In this document: one piece after another, positions 33,942-45,179 of the stretch
Layout: each line of letters opens with the position of its first letter
Position numbering within the stretch: position 1 is the first letter of the stretch
Virus record (IMG/VR): IMGVR_UViG_3300029305_006500
Length of the DNA: 64,000 nt
Strand: one strand, 5' to 3'
Source: a virus
Lineage: Duplodnaviria > Caudoviricetes
The notes under the pieces: model-generated
What the model saw: the letters and a program-made list of their open reading frames with translations, nothing else
Told to the model about the DNA's origin: nothing
Database searches by the model: none
Program-made: the position numbers and the translations under genes

Positions 33942-34155
33942 GAAGCTGGAATCCAAGTATTATTGCTTCTATAATTTGTAGACTAGTTGGTATAGTTGCA
34001 GTTTTAGCTTTTGTGTATGCTATGGTTGTTTTCACTGGGAGTTTAGCTTGTCTGTGGTTATTATTTCTTTTATTTGCAGTTGAGCTTATACCAACTTATG
34101 AATTTAAAAAAGAATTCCCAAAGCAAAATACTGAAGAGAAAAAGGAGTAGAAATT

Positions 34156-34707
34156 ATGCCAATTATAATTAATTTAGTCGGACCACCTGGAGCTGGAAAA
34201 TCTACAGGAGCAGCTTATTTATTTTATACTTTAAAATCAATGGGAGTAAATGCAGAATTACTTACAGAGTATGCTAAAGATAAAACTTGGGAGCATAATC
34301 ATACAGCATTATCCAATCAGTTGTATGTTCTTGGAAAACAATATTATAAAATTACTCGATGTGCAGATCAAGTAGATGTTATTGTCACCGATTCACCAAT
34401 TTTGTTATCACTTCTTTATGGTAAGGATACCCCTTATAAGAAAGAATTAGATGCTCTTGTACATAGATTATGGGAATTAGATGATAATTTATTATATTAT
34501 ATTCAGCGCATAAAGCCTTATAATCCTGCTGGGAGAAATCAGACAGCAGAAGAGAGTGATGCTTTAGGAGAAGAGCTTAAGAATATTCTTCATGAAAACG
34601 GCTTTGAGTTTAATTCTTTTTATGGAAATGAGGCTGGATACAATGCTATTGCCTATGAGGTGTTAGAAAGACTAAAGGAGAAAACAGATAGCTGTAAAAA
34701 TAATTAA
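34156..34707 (+). CDS. P-loop nucleotide kinase (AAA_28/NadR-like)
   Basis: GPPGAGKST, EYAKD, VIVTDSP, GRNQT. Confidence 0.75.
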   Translation: MPIIINLVGPPGAGKSTGAAYLFYTLKSMGVNAELLTEYAKDKTWEHNHTALSNQLYVLGKQYYKITRCADQVDVIVTDSPILLSLLYGKDTPYKKELDALVHRLWELDDNLLYYIQRIKPYNPAGRNQTAEESDALGEELKNILHENGFEFNSFYGNEAGYNAIAYEVLERLKEKTDSCKNN

Positions 34708-34842
34708 GCCAGGTAGGACAGAATTTTGTGACTTTTGTTGTAATGTAGGAATATATAAAATAAATTTAAGTAAATAACAAAATCTACCTTCTGAGCTATT
34801 GTATATTATTATGTACGATAAAAACTTCAGGAGGTAATTTTT

Positions 34843-35076
34843 ATGTATAGCCCTTTTGTTCATGAGATTCTTAATGAATGGAAAGCAGAGTCGAAGGTTA
34901 CTCATTTGATGCTTTTTAAGCTTCGAGATCATGAGCTTACTATTTTTACAGACCGTCCAGGGCCTCTTATTGGTAGAGGCGGCTCACTTATTGCAAAATA
35001 TGAAGAGAAGCTTAAAAATTTGCCTTTTGGTAAGGTACACGCAATTAAGATTATTGAGACTGATGGTATTTTTTAA
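34843..35076 (+). CDS. Stand-alone type II KH-domain protein resembling the ribosomal protein S3 N-domain
   Basis: LTIFTDRPGPLIGRGG..I.K...L (cf. S3 I.T.RPG.VIG..G..I..L). Confidence 0.6.
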   Translation: MYSPFVHEILNEWKAESKVTHLMLFKLRDHELTIFTDRPGPLIGRGGSLIAKYEEKLKNLPFGKVHAIKIIETDGIF

Positions 35077-35460
35077 GGAGTGTTTAGGCTATGGTGGAAA
35101 AGAATTATCGTAATATCGACAAGAATGCAATTTATTTTTGTCTGATGCAGCCCATTGAGACTTTTATGGGTCTGATTTCATTTACTAGCTCGGATACACC
35201 TTGGGAATGGTTTGAGTGTAAAGTAGATGAATCTAGATACAAAGTAGATGATAATTATAAGATTACTCTTAGAGCTTTGAACAACTGTGCTTATGAACAT
35301 TATTATCAGGATGATTTTCTCAGTCTGATAAATCAAGGACTTATTGTAAAGAAGACTTCCGATAAGATGCATGTTGAGTATATAGATTTTTATGAGCCTA
35401 TTCCCGGTACTATCGCTTATTTGCATCATGAAGGCTCTCATATTGTGGAGGCATAAATAA

Positions 35461-35742
35461 ATGAAAAGACTTTTTGTGTTGTTTTTACTCTTAGTATTAT
35501 TTTGTAGCTTAGTTTCTTGTAATAGTCCAGCTACATCGGGTAGTATTGCTTATTGTGTAGAAGCTATGGATAGTAGCTACGTAGATTTTGAGATAATCGA
35601 GTCTGATATCGGTGAAGGCTGGACAGTCTGTTATGATAAAAATACAAAAGTAATGTATGTTATACTTGATGCTTATCAGTCCACCGGTATGACACCTATT
35701 TTGAATGCAGACGGTACCCCTAAACTTTATGAAGGAGATTGA
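35461..35742 (+). CDS. Putative lipoprotein
   Basis: Signal peptide ending LVSC; YDKNTKVMY...MTPILNADGTP. Confidence 0.65.
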   Translation: MKRLFVLFLLLVLFCSLVSCNSPATSGSIAYCVEAMDSSYVDFEIIESDIGEGWTVCYDKNTKVMYVILDAYQSTGMTPILNADGTPKLYEGD

Positions 35743-35745
35743 TAA

Positions 35746-36048
35746 ATGAAAGCAACTGGTATTGTTCGTAGAATTGATGATCTTGGTCGCGTTGTAGTTC
35801 CTAAGGAAATACGCCATACTCTTGGGATTAAGGAGGGCGACCCTTTGGAGCTTTATGTTGAAGGCGATGTAATTTGTTTTAAAAAGTACAGCACCCTTCC
35901 TGAAATTGCTCAGACTATTGAGACACTTGCTAATCAGGTTTCTGATCCTGATACTTTGAGGGATCTTGATGAGACTGATGCAGCAGCCATTAGAGCTTTG
36001 GCAAAAATTTTACAGAAGAACTTTAAGAAGCTATCTCAGGAGTCTTAA
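35746..36048 (+). CDS. AbrB/SpoVT-family transcriptional regulator
   Basis: MKATGIVRRIDDLGRVVVPKEIR..LGI.EGDPLE. Confidence 0.92.
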   Translation: MKATGIVRRIDDLGRVVVPKEIRHTLGIKEGDPLELYVEGDVICFKKYSTLPEIAQTIETLANQVSDPDTLRDLDETDAAAIRALAKILQKNFKKLSQES

Positions 36049-36257
36049 GATGAAGAAACCAATTCCTCCAGATAGCTTATTTATAGACCAAGCTAGGGTT
36101 GCCTTAGAAAAAGCAAGAGCAGAACTTCATCTTGCAATTTATTTAGGCGAATGTGGAAGTAACGCAGGTATCAGAAAAATCTGGTCTGAGAGGGCAGATT
36201 GGATTGCTCCTTTAATTTATCTTGCAGAAGCTCAAATAGTGAGAGAGGAATCTGAAA

Positions 36258-36761
36258 ATGATAAAAGCTACTGATGTAAAGCTTAAGTCTTGTCCTTTTT
36301 GTAAAGGTGAGGTAGAACTTTGGAAATATAGTGAAGCTATTAAGTGTCGATTTATTTGCAAGAAGTGTAAAGTTGAGATAGAATTTCCTAGAGGTCTTGA
36401 TTCTAAAGATTGTATAAAGAAATGGAATAGAAGAGCTACTCAGAAAGGCATTACAGTCTATGGCGGCAATGATATTTTATATCCAAAAGGTGCTTCTATC
36501 GTAGATATTTTAACTACTCCTTATGTAGAGGAAGAAATGCTGTCAGAGACAATTTGTATGGATGAGGGCTTTAATCAGTTTAAAACTGTAAAGTATAGAC
36601 CCACTTGTGTACATGGTTGTACTGATTGTATTTGGGACCCGGCTTATATTTATGCTACTTATCCTAATTGGTACAAGAAGCTTTATGGAGAGGCTAAGCC
36701 AGAGGAGGTAGCTTGTGAGAATTGTAAGACAGGTGAGCGTTATGACGATGAAGACAAGTAA
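36258..36761 (+). CDS. Lar-like Zn finger fused to a Cys-rich domain
   Basis: LKSCPFC...CKKC...I.KWNRR; C-terminal C..GC.DC..DP. Confidence 0.55.
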   Translation: MIKATDVKLKSCPFCKGEVELWKYSEAIKCRFICKKCKVEIEFPRGLDSKDCIKKWNRRATQKGITVYGGNDILYPKGASIVDILTTPYVEEEMLSETICMDEGFNQFKTVKYRPTCVHGCTDCIWDPAYIYATYPNWYKKLYGEAKPEEVACENCKTGERYDDEDK

Positions 36762-37333
36762 GGTTTATTTCTGGAGGTAATATAATTTGTATTGTCTAAG
36801 ACTTGAAAAAAAGACTTTTAATCCTGCCAAAAATTATTTTGATGTAGAAGAAGTCATTATTAAAAGACCTTCAACTGATATAGAAAAAGAACTTTCTAAT
36901 AAGATTGATAAATATTCTACGTGGGGTTTTATTACTATTTTTATTGGAATTATCTTAGCTATTGCTTGTGCTATTATTTTTGGTGTACTCGCGGAGACAG
37001 TTCATATAGTTTTTGGAGTAGCTGCTTTTGTTGGAGTATTGTTTTTCTTTATTGGTGGCATTGTATTTGCTCGCCAATATTTTTGGGAGCAGGAGCACAA
37101 ATATAGCGAAGAGCTTTGTACTTATCATAAAGAACATGATGAAGAGCTTTGGGCAGAATATGAAGCCGAGATTAAAGCTTATAATGAGGAGCAGGATAAG
37201 ATTGCAGAGGCGTGGAGAGATGAGCACCCTCTTGAGGAGAAGATTAGAGCTTGTATTAAAGATCCTAAGTCTAGCGTAGAAATTGCTGATCTGGCAAGAT
37301 ATTACGCTATTGAATATTTGAAGGAGGTTTCAC

Positions 37334-37654
37334 GTGAAACTTTGGATTGATGATGTAAGACCTGCACCTGATGGATACATTTGGTGTCTGAGTGTTGATT
37401 CTGCTAAGAACATTATCCTTTATGCTGAAGCTATTAGAGCAAATAGTGTTGGGTGTAGAAGATTGATTGATCTTATCGATATGGATCACGATGCTGGAGA
37501 GTATAGTAATCAAGGGGGAGATTACATCAAGCTCCTTGATTGGCTTGAAGAGACTGAACGTAGTTATCCTATTAGGATTCATTCAGCTAACCCTGTAGGT
37601 GTTGCGAATATTAGACGGATTATTGAAAGAAATGGTTGGAAGGAGATAAGATAA
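37334..37654 (+). CDS. Cyclic-phosphate-processing receiver-domain protein
   Basis: MKLWIDD.R..P...DMDHD.G...D...LL.WLEE...IHSANPVG. Confidence 0.8.
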   Translation: MKLWIDDVRPAPDGYIWCLSVDSAKNIILYAEAIRANSVGCRRLIDLIDMDHDAGEYSNQGGDYIKLLDWLEETERSYPIRIHSANPVGVANIRRIIERNGWKEIR

Positions 37655-38001
37655 TGAAAATTAGACTTGTTAATTGGTTAAACTTAGTTGCAGCTTGTTT
37701 ATGTTTTGTAGCTGCTGTTCTTGGCTTTTGTGCCGGACATCCTGTGAACATTGTAATAGCTTGTCTTAACATTGTTGCAGGTACATGGAATGCTTTTATT
37801 TTTTTGCATGCAGTTGCAGTTTGGTGGGAAAGGTCCCTAAAAGTAGCGGCAAAGTTTGTTTTTACCTGTCGCAACTGTGAACACCAGTTTATTCCTACTT
37901 TTTGGGCTTGGTTTTTTGTACCGCATATTGGCAGTAGACGATATTTAAAATGCGAGAAATGTGGAACACGATCTTTTATGAGAAGAAAATAAGGAGATAT
38001 T

Positions 38002-38232
38002 ATGAAGGTAAAAATTTGTTTAGACACTATGACAGATATTGCTAATTTTGTACTCGCAGTGCATTATGCCACAGGTAAGCATGATCAAGTATGGGTTACT
38101 GATGGCACGACTGGAGCCAAAATCAATGCAAAGTCTTTCCTTGGGTTAATTGCAACCCGTGATTTTAATGAAATTTGGTGTGAATCTGATAAGGATATTT
38201 ATACCGCAATCCGTCATTTTGAGGCTGAGTAA
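38002..38232 (+). CDS. HPr-like protein lacking the His15 site
   Basis: INAKSFLGL (Ser46 region); F V helix; no GLHARP motif. Confidence 0.6.
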   Translation: MKVKICLDTMTDIANFVLAVHYATGKHDQVWVTDGTTGAKINAKSFLGLIATRDFNEIWCESDKDIYTAIRHFEAE

Positions 38233-41200
38233 CTCAGCCTTTTTCTTTTTTTAGGCTAATTTAGCTTTTAGGCTATTGTATAATATTATAGGATTATTTT
38301 ACGGAGGAGAACTATGGGAATCAGTCTTACAGCTAACTATAAAGGCGCCCCATCGTTAGATGGCAGTAGTTTTATGTTGTTTAAGATACGTAGTAGAATA
38401 GCAAAAGCTTGGGATGCAGAATTTGGAGAGCATTACGCTACGTTGATGGATGCTTTTCGTTTTAACGAACTTGAAGCTTTTGATAGACGTACTACAGAAA
38501 TTCTAGAACAATCAAGATTTTCAAATGACGCAGATATAGCAGAGTTTATGTTTATGTCAGATTGTGAAGGCAAGGTAAATTATAAAACTTGTAAAAAGCT
38601 TGCAGATTTGTTAACGTCTTTAATTATAAACAAAACTGAGGATTTCGCTCAAATTAGCTTACGTTATCAGGCGTATAGCAAAAATGATTGGGAAGATTTA
38701 TTGAAGTTATTGAGAGGTTGTTATTCTCATAGAGCAAATTTGATTTGGAGGTAAATTATGGAAGTTATTACTGATTTTAAGATTACCTGTGGTAAAGATA
38801 TATCTGATGCGCTTTACCGTATAGATAAAGAATTTTATGTACCAGTTAAACGTTTTAAAGATGATCATGTTTTTGACGAAGACCGGAGTGTAAAGTGGAA
38901 TCGTGAAGAGGTAATTCGTCAGAATGAAAAGCAGCGTGAGCTTCAGCGTCAAGCACGAGATATGTGTGCCAAAAGTCATGCAGCTCTACTAGAAGCTATT
39001 TATGAGTATATTATGACTGAGGCAACTTATGAGTATAGTTTCACTCGTGAAGAAGCTGCTGTAATTTGGGCACAAACTCAGAAACATCATGATCAAGAAC
39101 CTTGGAATTGGGTAGATGACATGGCAGAATCTGCCGGAGAATTTTATAAGGTATACGAGAGGAATCAAAAATGAGAGAAGAGACAGTTGTAAAATATGTT
39201 GCAGATGATGGGGTTGCTTTTAAAGATAAGCTGGACTGCTTGAATTACGAAAAGCTTTGTGAAAAGTATAAGAAGTGGTTGGCAGACGGTAAAGTAATGT
39301 TCTGGGACCATTATGAAAACTATATCAACTTTGACCTTTGTAAAGGTGATGAAGGCGTCAATTACCTTGACTGGCTTAAGAAGCGCTTGTCTACTGGAAT
39401 TGGCTATATTATAATTAATGAACATCCTTGTGGAAGTGGTTGGAGTTCCCTTTGGGAGTTTGTAGTAAAGTACTGCTTATTTGACAATACAACTGCAAAA
39501 AAGATTGAGCCCACCTATTGTGAAGGCGATATACTTAGCTACGATTATAATGATTGCAGATTCCACAATATTGATTTAGTTATTAGAAATGCTGCGGCAA
39601 CTAAAGACCGCATGATGAAAGATTTGGCACATAAGGCTTTTAATGCAGGTAAGGAGGAAGAAAATGAAGGAACTTGTTAAACTTGTCGCCGAAAATCCTG
39701 ACCTGCCTATTATTGCTTTGGTTCATGGCGAGGTTTGTGGAGATGATTGTGGCTATTGGTTAGGGCATTGTGGTTCAGCTTCTGTAGAGCTAGTAGGTCT
39801 TATTGGTGAGCGATATTATACGGACCTTGAAGAATTTACTGAGGTTTACTATGATCGGCATTCTGATGAACTTTGTGAGAAATTTAATTATGAGCCACGT
39901 TGCTGTGCCGTTGCAGTAGAACGAGGTGAATATACCGAGGAGCAGTTTGCGGCTAATTGTTTAGCTGAAGCTCGATTGGAAGAGTATCTAAAAGAAATTG
40001 CTATTAAATATATGAGAAGAGCTATTGTTATGTACGTAGATCTTCCTAAAGACAATATTATTCCGGAGGTAGACTGATGGTATGGTAGAACTTTCATTTG
40101 GAGAACTTAAGCAAGGCTTAATTTGTTGCACAGTTTATAGAAATTGTTCTGGTTGCCCTTTATATATGGGGCCAGAGTTAGGGCCTAAAGAGGATTGTAC
40201 TTATGCACTTATGAGTGCTGCTTTTAATTGTATTAATACAATGGAGAAGGATTTCGCAGAGCTGGTTGCTTCAGTTAAACAAGGAGAAACATAATGTCCG
40301 AATATTTGCAAATTGTAAAAAGAGCTAAAGAGCAAGGTATTGATTTGACTAATAAAATGGTACTTATCCCTAAGGCTGAAAATAGGTTTTACCTTAATGA
40401 TTCTCCTGTATATGGAAGACTTTGGGAAGATACCGGATATGTTGCTTTACTTAGGGATGTAGAGGAGCCCTATTCTGAGACTGGATTTATTAAAGAGCCT
40501 TTTATTTATAGAGTAAAAGATAAATATAAAACTTATCTTTCTGGTGGTAGTATTTCATATCTTGTAGAATTTTATGTGATTGAATGAGGAAAAAGATGGA
40601 TAGACCTAATATACTTTCAGAAGAATTACAGTTAAGAAACAACTACGTAGCGCGTATTAGAGAGGCAGAGCGACTAAGAGCTTGTAAGGTAGAAAGTGAC
40701 TATGAAGATACTTTTAGCATTGTTTGGGAAATAATGCAAGATAGTTTTAAGCGCGGACAGGAGGCAGGCAGAAATGAGTCAACTAAGTGATGCTTTACTA
40801 GCAGCAGCACACGAAGCAGAAGAGTTAGAAAAGCAACAAAAGGATCAAGATGCTAGGCTGAATATCTGTGAAGCTAGGACTTATGAATTGAGCGATAGAT
40901 ATGATAAATTAAAAGACAGCCTTAAAAAAGTTAAAGAGGCTCTTATTGCTGGGGTTATTGCATTAGAAGAATTGGAAAATTAAATAAATATATAATTCTA
41001 AGTGGCTACATATTGTATAATAATATGTAGCCACTATTTATTTCGGAGGAACTTATAATTAATTATGAACAGAAGCTTGATTATTTGGAAGATATTGTGG
41101 AAGAGCTTACAGCAAGAGAATTATCTTCTAATTGTGTAGTTCCAGTGTTACAAAAATTTTCTTGGTCAGAGCTCTGTGATGAGGGAATCAGAATTTTTAC

Positions 41201-42451
41201 AGAGCTACGCAATGATGCTAAGGAGGCAAATAATGTTACAACAGCTTGATGTTAAACTTGTTAGCCATTGGCACGGTTTTGATGAGTATTATGTTTTTTA
41301 TGATGATGCCTATATGACACAAGAACAGGCGGAAAAAGAATTCGAATGTATGGACATGGGTATGGGGTATGATCCTGAAAAATATCCTTACTATCTTATT
41401 GTTCCAGCGGTAAAGAAACCTATTTTGTCAGCTATTAAAGAATATCTTACTGATATTGGTTATGATATGGCACATAATATTTCTATGGAGGAAAAGTATG
41501 GCGGAGACTAAATGTGACTCTTGTGGAACTACTGCTGAATGTGTGCCAGTGTGTGGAGCTTTTGGTGCTATAACCTATTCTTGTTGTCTCAAATGTTTAG
41601 CTGAAGGTAGGGAGCCCTATAGAAATATTGTTGATTATGTTGCATCAGCTGGGCATTGGCCAGAAGATATTAATGCTACATATCAGCAAGAGGTTCGTTA
41701 TCAGCTTCTTTTGCACGAAAAATCTGAAGAAAGCTTTAAGTTTGATGTAGAGCAAACAATCGCTGAGGATCTTGTTTTTAGGAAAGATCAGGTTTTTACT
41801 TTTAAAATTCCTAAGGAGGATTTTTAATATGATTGAAAGACATACTTTCAGACAACTTATTGAGACAGTTGTTATTATAGAGTCTGGTATTGAGAAGTTT
41901 GAGACAGCCGTTAATTGTCATATTGATGATAATTGGATGGTAAATGCCCCGTGTAGAATTATTACTGCCATTGCTGAAGGATTTTTTGAAAATTATACTC
42001 TTGAAAAAGAGAAAGGTCATCATTCGATAGTAGATTCTAAGCTTGAAACGATAGAGGAGCTTTTATATCATTTTATTTATATGGAGGACTGTGGGAACGA
42101 GTCTGAACATTGTAAGTCCAAGCTTGTAGTAGTAGATCAAGGAGAAGATACTGAGAAGGCACTTCCGTGCACCTGTATTGATGAGCTTTATGACATTATT
42201 CAAACCTATATAAATGATATGAGTCTTAATTTTAGTTTTAATTATTGTCACTCTTATAAAGAAGATAAGGAACTGAAGAATGAAAGCTAAATGTGGAAAT
42301 TGTGAATTTTTTCTTGGAATGGGAGATTGGGATCTTTGTTGCTCTAATCCACCAAAAGATGAAGTAAGCTGGGCTGGATTTTTGTGCTATGCAGATACTG
42401 ATCCGTGCCAAAATTATAGATATAAGGAATATAAGGAAAGAGGTGAGGCCA

Positions 42452-42995
42452 ATGAAGTCAAGAGTAATTTTTCTTGATTATGATTAGTGGCGGTGTTGTA
42501 AATACTCCAATGTGGAATGAAAAGGGTACTAAGTGTACTTATAATTTTCCACAGGATAATAAAGTAAATAATTTTCAAGCGGTACAATGGATTTCAGAGG
42601 CCTGCCAAAAGTTTCATTATGACATTGTAGTAACTTCTACTTGGCGCTGGGATGAGAATTACAAAGAGTGCCTTATTAATGGTGGTCTAAGACCTGGAAT
42701 TGAAATTCTAGATCGTACACCTGAAATTAGGGATCAGTGTAGAGGCTTTGAAATTAAGACGTATCTTAAGGAGCATCCTGAGATTAATTACTATATTATT
42801 ATTGATGATGATTGTGATATGCTTCCTGAGCAGATAGACCATTTTATTATGACTAATACTCATGTTGGTTTTACACTTACTGATTTTCAAAAATTTGAAG
42901 AAATTTACATGAGAGACAAAGGCCGAGGTGGAAGTTTTCCAGAAAGTAAGTACAAAGATTATAGAGGAGATACTAATAATGCTGAATATGTCTAA
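42452..42995 (+). pseudogene. HAD-superfamily (Swiss-Army-Knife RNA-repair type) phosphatase with a frame break right after the DxD motif
   Basis: RBS plus ATG 42452 gives MKSRVIFLDYD-stop. The +1 frame continues (SG)GVVN...IVVTSTWR...RG.EI..YL...IIIDDD.D...GFT. Confidence 0.7.
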
Positions 42996-43368
42996 TATGT
43001 TAGTTAGGGCACATCGTAAAGAAGATGGCACAGAGGTAGTTGGTTATTTTTATGCTCGTGTTTGGAATGATCAAGTTTTTGCTAATGTGCAGGAAGTAGA
43101 GGCCAAAGATGGGTTTTTTAAGACCTATGCAGTATATCCTGATACTGTCTGTCGTTGTGTAGGCAGTAGAGATTGCAATAATGAGCTATTATTTGAGGGT
43201 GATGTAGTTTCTACTAAATACGGCCGAAAGTGCAAGATTGTTTGGAAGCATACTAATTGTTTTATTGGGTGGGACCTTGAGCCTATAGATGATTGCGTAT
43301 CACCGCCCCCGACAGAATGGGATCTCTGGTGCCCAGAAAATATAGAAAGGATAAATAATGATCAGTAA
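42979..43368 (+). CDS. YopX-family protein
   Basis: RA......V.G.F...V.PDTVC...G..D.N...LFEGDVV. Confidence 0.75.
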   Translation: MLNMSNMLVRAHRKEDGTEVVGYFYARVWNDQVFANVQEVEAKDGFFKTYAVYPDTVCRCVGSRDCNNELLFEGDVVSTKYGRKCKIVWKHTNCFIGWDLEPIDDCVSPPPTEWDLWCPENIERINNDQ

Positions 43369-44756
43369 AGAACAAGCAATTGAAATTGTACGTAAATTTG
43401 ATTTTTTTCAGGGCCAAAGAGCTGGCAGAGAGCTTTGGGCTACTAAGCCTACTGAAGTGCAGAATGTAGATCTTATGAGCTTTTCTTCTGACTGCGGTGA
43501 TTTGCTTGAGTATCTTGAGAAGACTCAGGAACCTGGTTATCAACTTAATAGCATTCCAGAGAAGTGCTGGATTATTTTTGATATGCCGGGTTTTTATGAT
43601 ATTTATGAATATGAAGTTGATCGAGTATCTTTTGTAAAAGATAAGATTGATAAGCTTTGGTGTTCTAGAGAGCATGAAGGCACTGTAGTGACAAGTCATG
43701 ATCTTAACAGAGTTGTATTTTTTTCAAAAGAAGCTGCAAGTAGGGCATTAACAGAGCTTATTATGCAAAGACGAGGTGAAGTAAATGGAGAAGTGTGATT
43801 GTTGGGTTCAGGGTGTTTATAATTTTCCTTATTGCAATGGTACTAAGGAGCAAGATCCTTGCAAATGCGGGGGTGACCGTAGCAAGTGTGATTTTTATGC
43901 AGAAGTTAGACAGAAGGCAAAAGCGGAGCTTGAGAATGGCCCATTGCCAGTACCTGAAGGTACTAAGTTAAGCAGTTTTGGCCCTTCTAAAAATGGTTAT
44001 CGGTATGATATTTTTGAGTGGGTTGCTTTCTCTGTAGACCAGCCTAAAGCGCTGCCAGGTATTGAGTATAAGATATTATTTTGTTATACTACACCTTGTA
44101 ATGATATTGGCATGAATATTTGTAGTATTGGTGAAAATGATGCTGAATTTATTAAGCACATTTTCGATGCAGATAACCTCTTGTACTGGTGCTACATCCA
44201 GCCGCCCAAACATTTAGTAGATAAACAAGCGGCAATTAAGAGGCTCCAAGCGTGCGGTATCCTTGATGAGAATGGTGATCTTGTGGAAGTCTATAAAGAT
44301 ATTTTTATAAAGGTGGATGATCTATGATGTTTTGGATAGGACTAGTAGCTGGATTGATTTTTTGGCAGTTAATTGTATTAGTAGTTTATTTTATCTGGCA
44401 AGAAGACGAAGATAAGGCAATTGTGGCTGCTACAGGTTTACCAGGTGTTATTTTACTTTTGTATATCAACATACATAAAAAGCTCAAGTATCTATATAGA
44501 CACGCAAGATATAAAGGTGCTTTATTAGATATCAATAATAAGCCTTGTTATTGCGATTCTATAGATGTAAATGATTATATCGAGGCTGGATTTAAACTTA
44601 ATACAGAATTACGGGATAAATATAAAATCGAAGATGGCTGGAATCCTGAAGACTGTGCATGGCAAGGTGTTCCAAACTTACGTTATACCCCAATAAAAAT
44701 TTTAAAGAAAGAGGCAGCCTATAAGCTACCCAGATACGTGGAAGGAGATTTTAAAA

Positions 44757-45179
44757 ATGACATTAAAGGAAACGATTAATGATAGATGGAAAGAAGCTTT
44801 TAAGGCTAAGGATCAGGCTAAGCGAGATACTTATGAGTTCTTAAAGCAGAGAATTTTGGTGGCTGAAAAGTCTGGTCAGTTTGAACTTCCTCTCTCTGAT
44901 GAACAGATTACTAATTTAATTATAAAAGAATATAAAGAGCGCGAAGATCTTTTGCTTCTTTATGAACCTGGAGAGCCAGCTTATCTTAGCGCAAAAGCAT
45001 CATTAGATGAACTTGAGCAATATCTTCCTAAGCAGATGAGTGAGGAGGAAGTCGTTGCTATTATCAAGCGCATCGAGGAGACCGAGTCTAATGTAGGTAA
45101 GGTTATTGGACTTACTGTAAAGGAAGTTGGCAATCGGTTTGATAAATCTAAAATTGCGGCTCTTGTTAAAAATTCATAA
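44757..45179 (+). CDS. GatB/YqeY-domain protein
   Basis: LKE.I....KEAFKAKD...LSDEQI...I.KE.KER...YLPKQMSEEEV...GKVIG. Confidence 0.85.
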   Translation: MTLKETINDRWKEAFKAKDQAKRDTYEFLKQRILVAEKSGQFELPLSDEQITNLIIKEYKEREDLLLLYEPGEPAYLSAKASLDELEQYLPKQMSEEEVVAIIKRIEETESNVGKVIGLTVKEVGNRFDKSKIAALVKNS

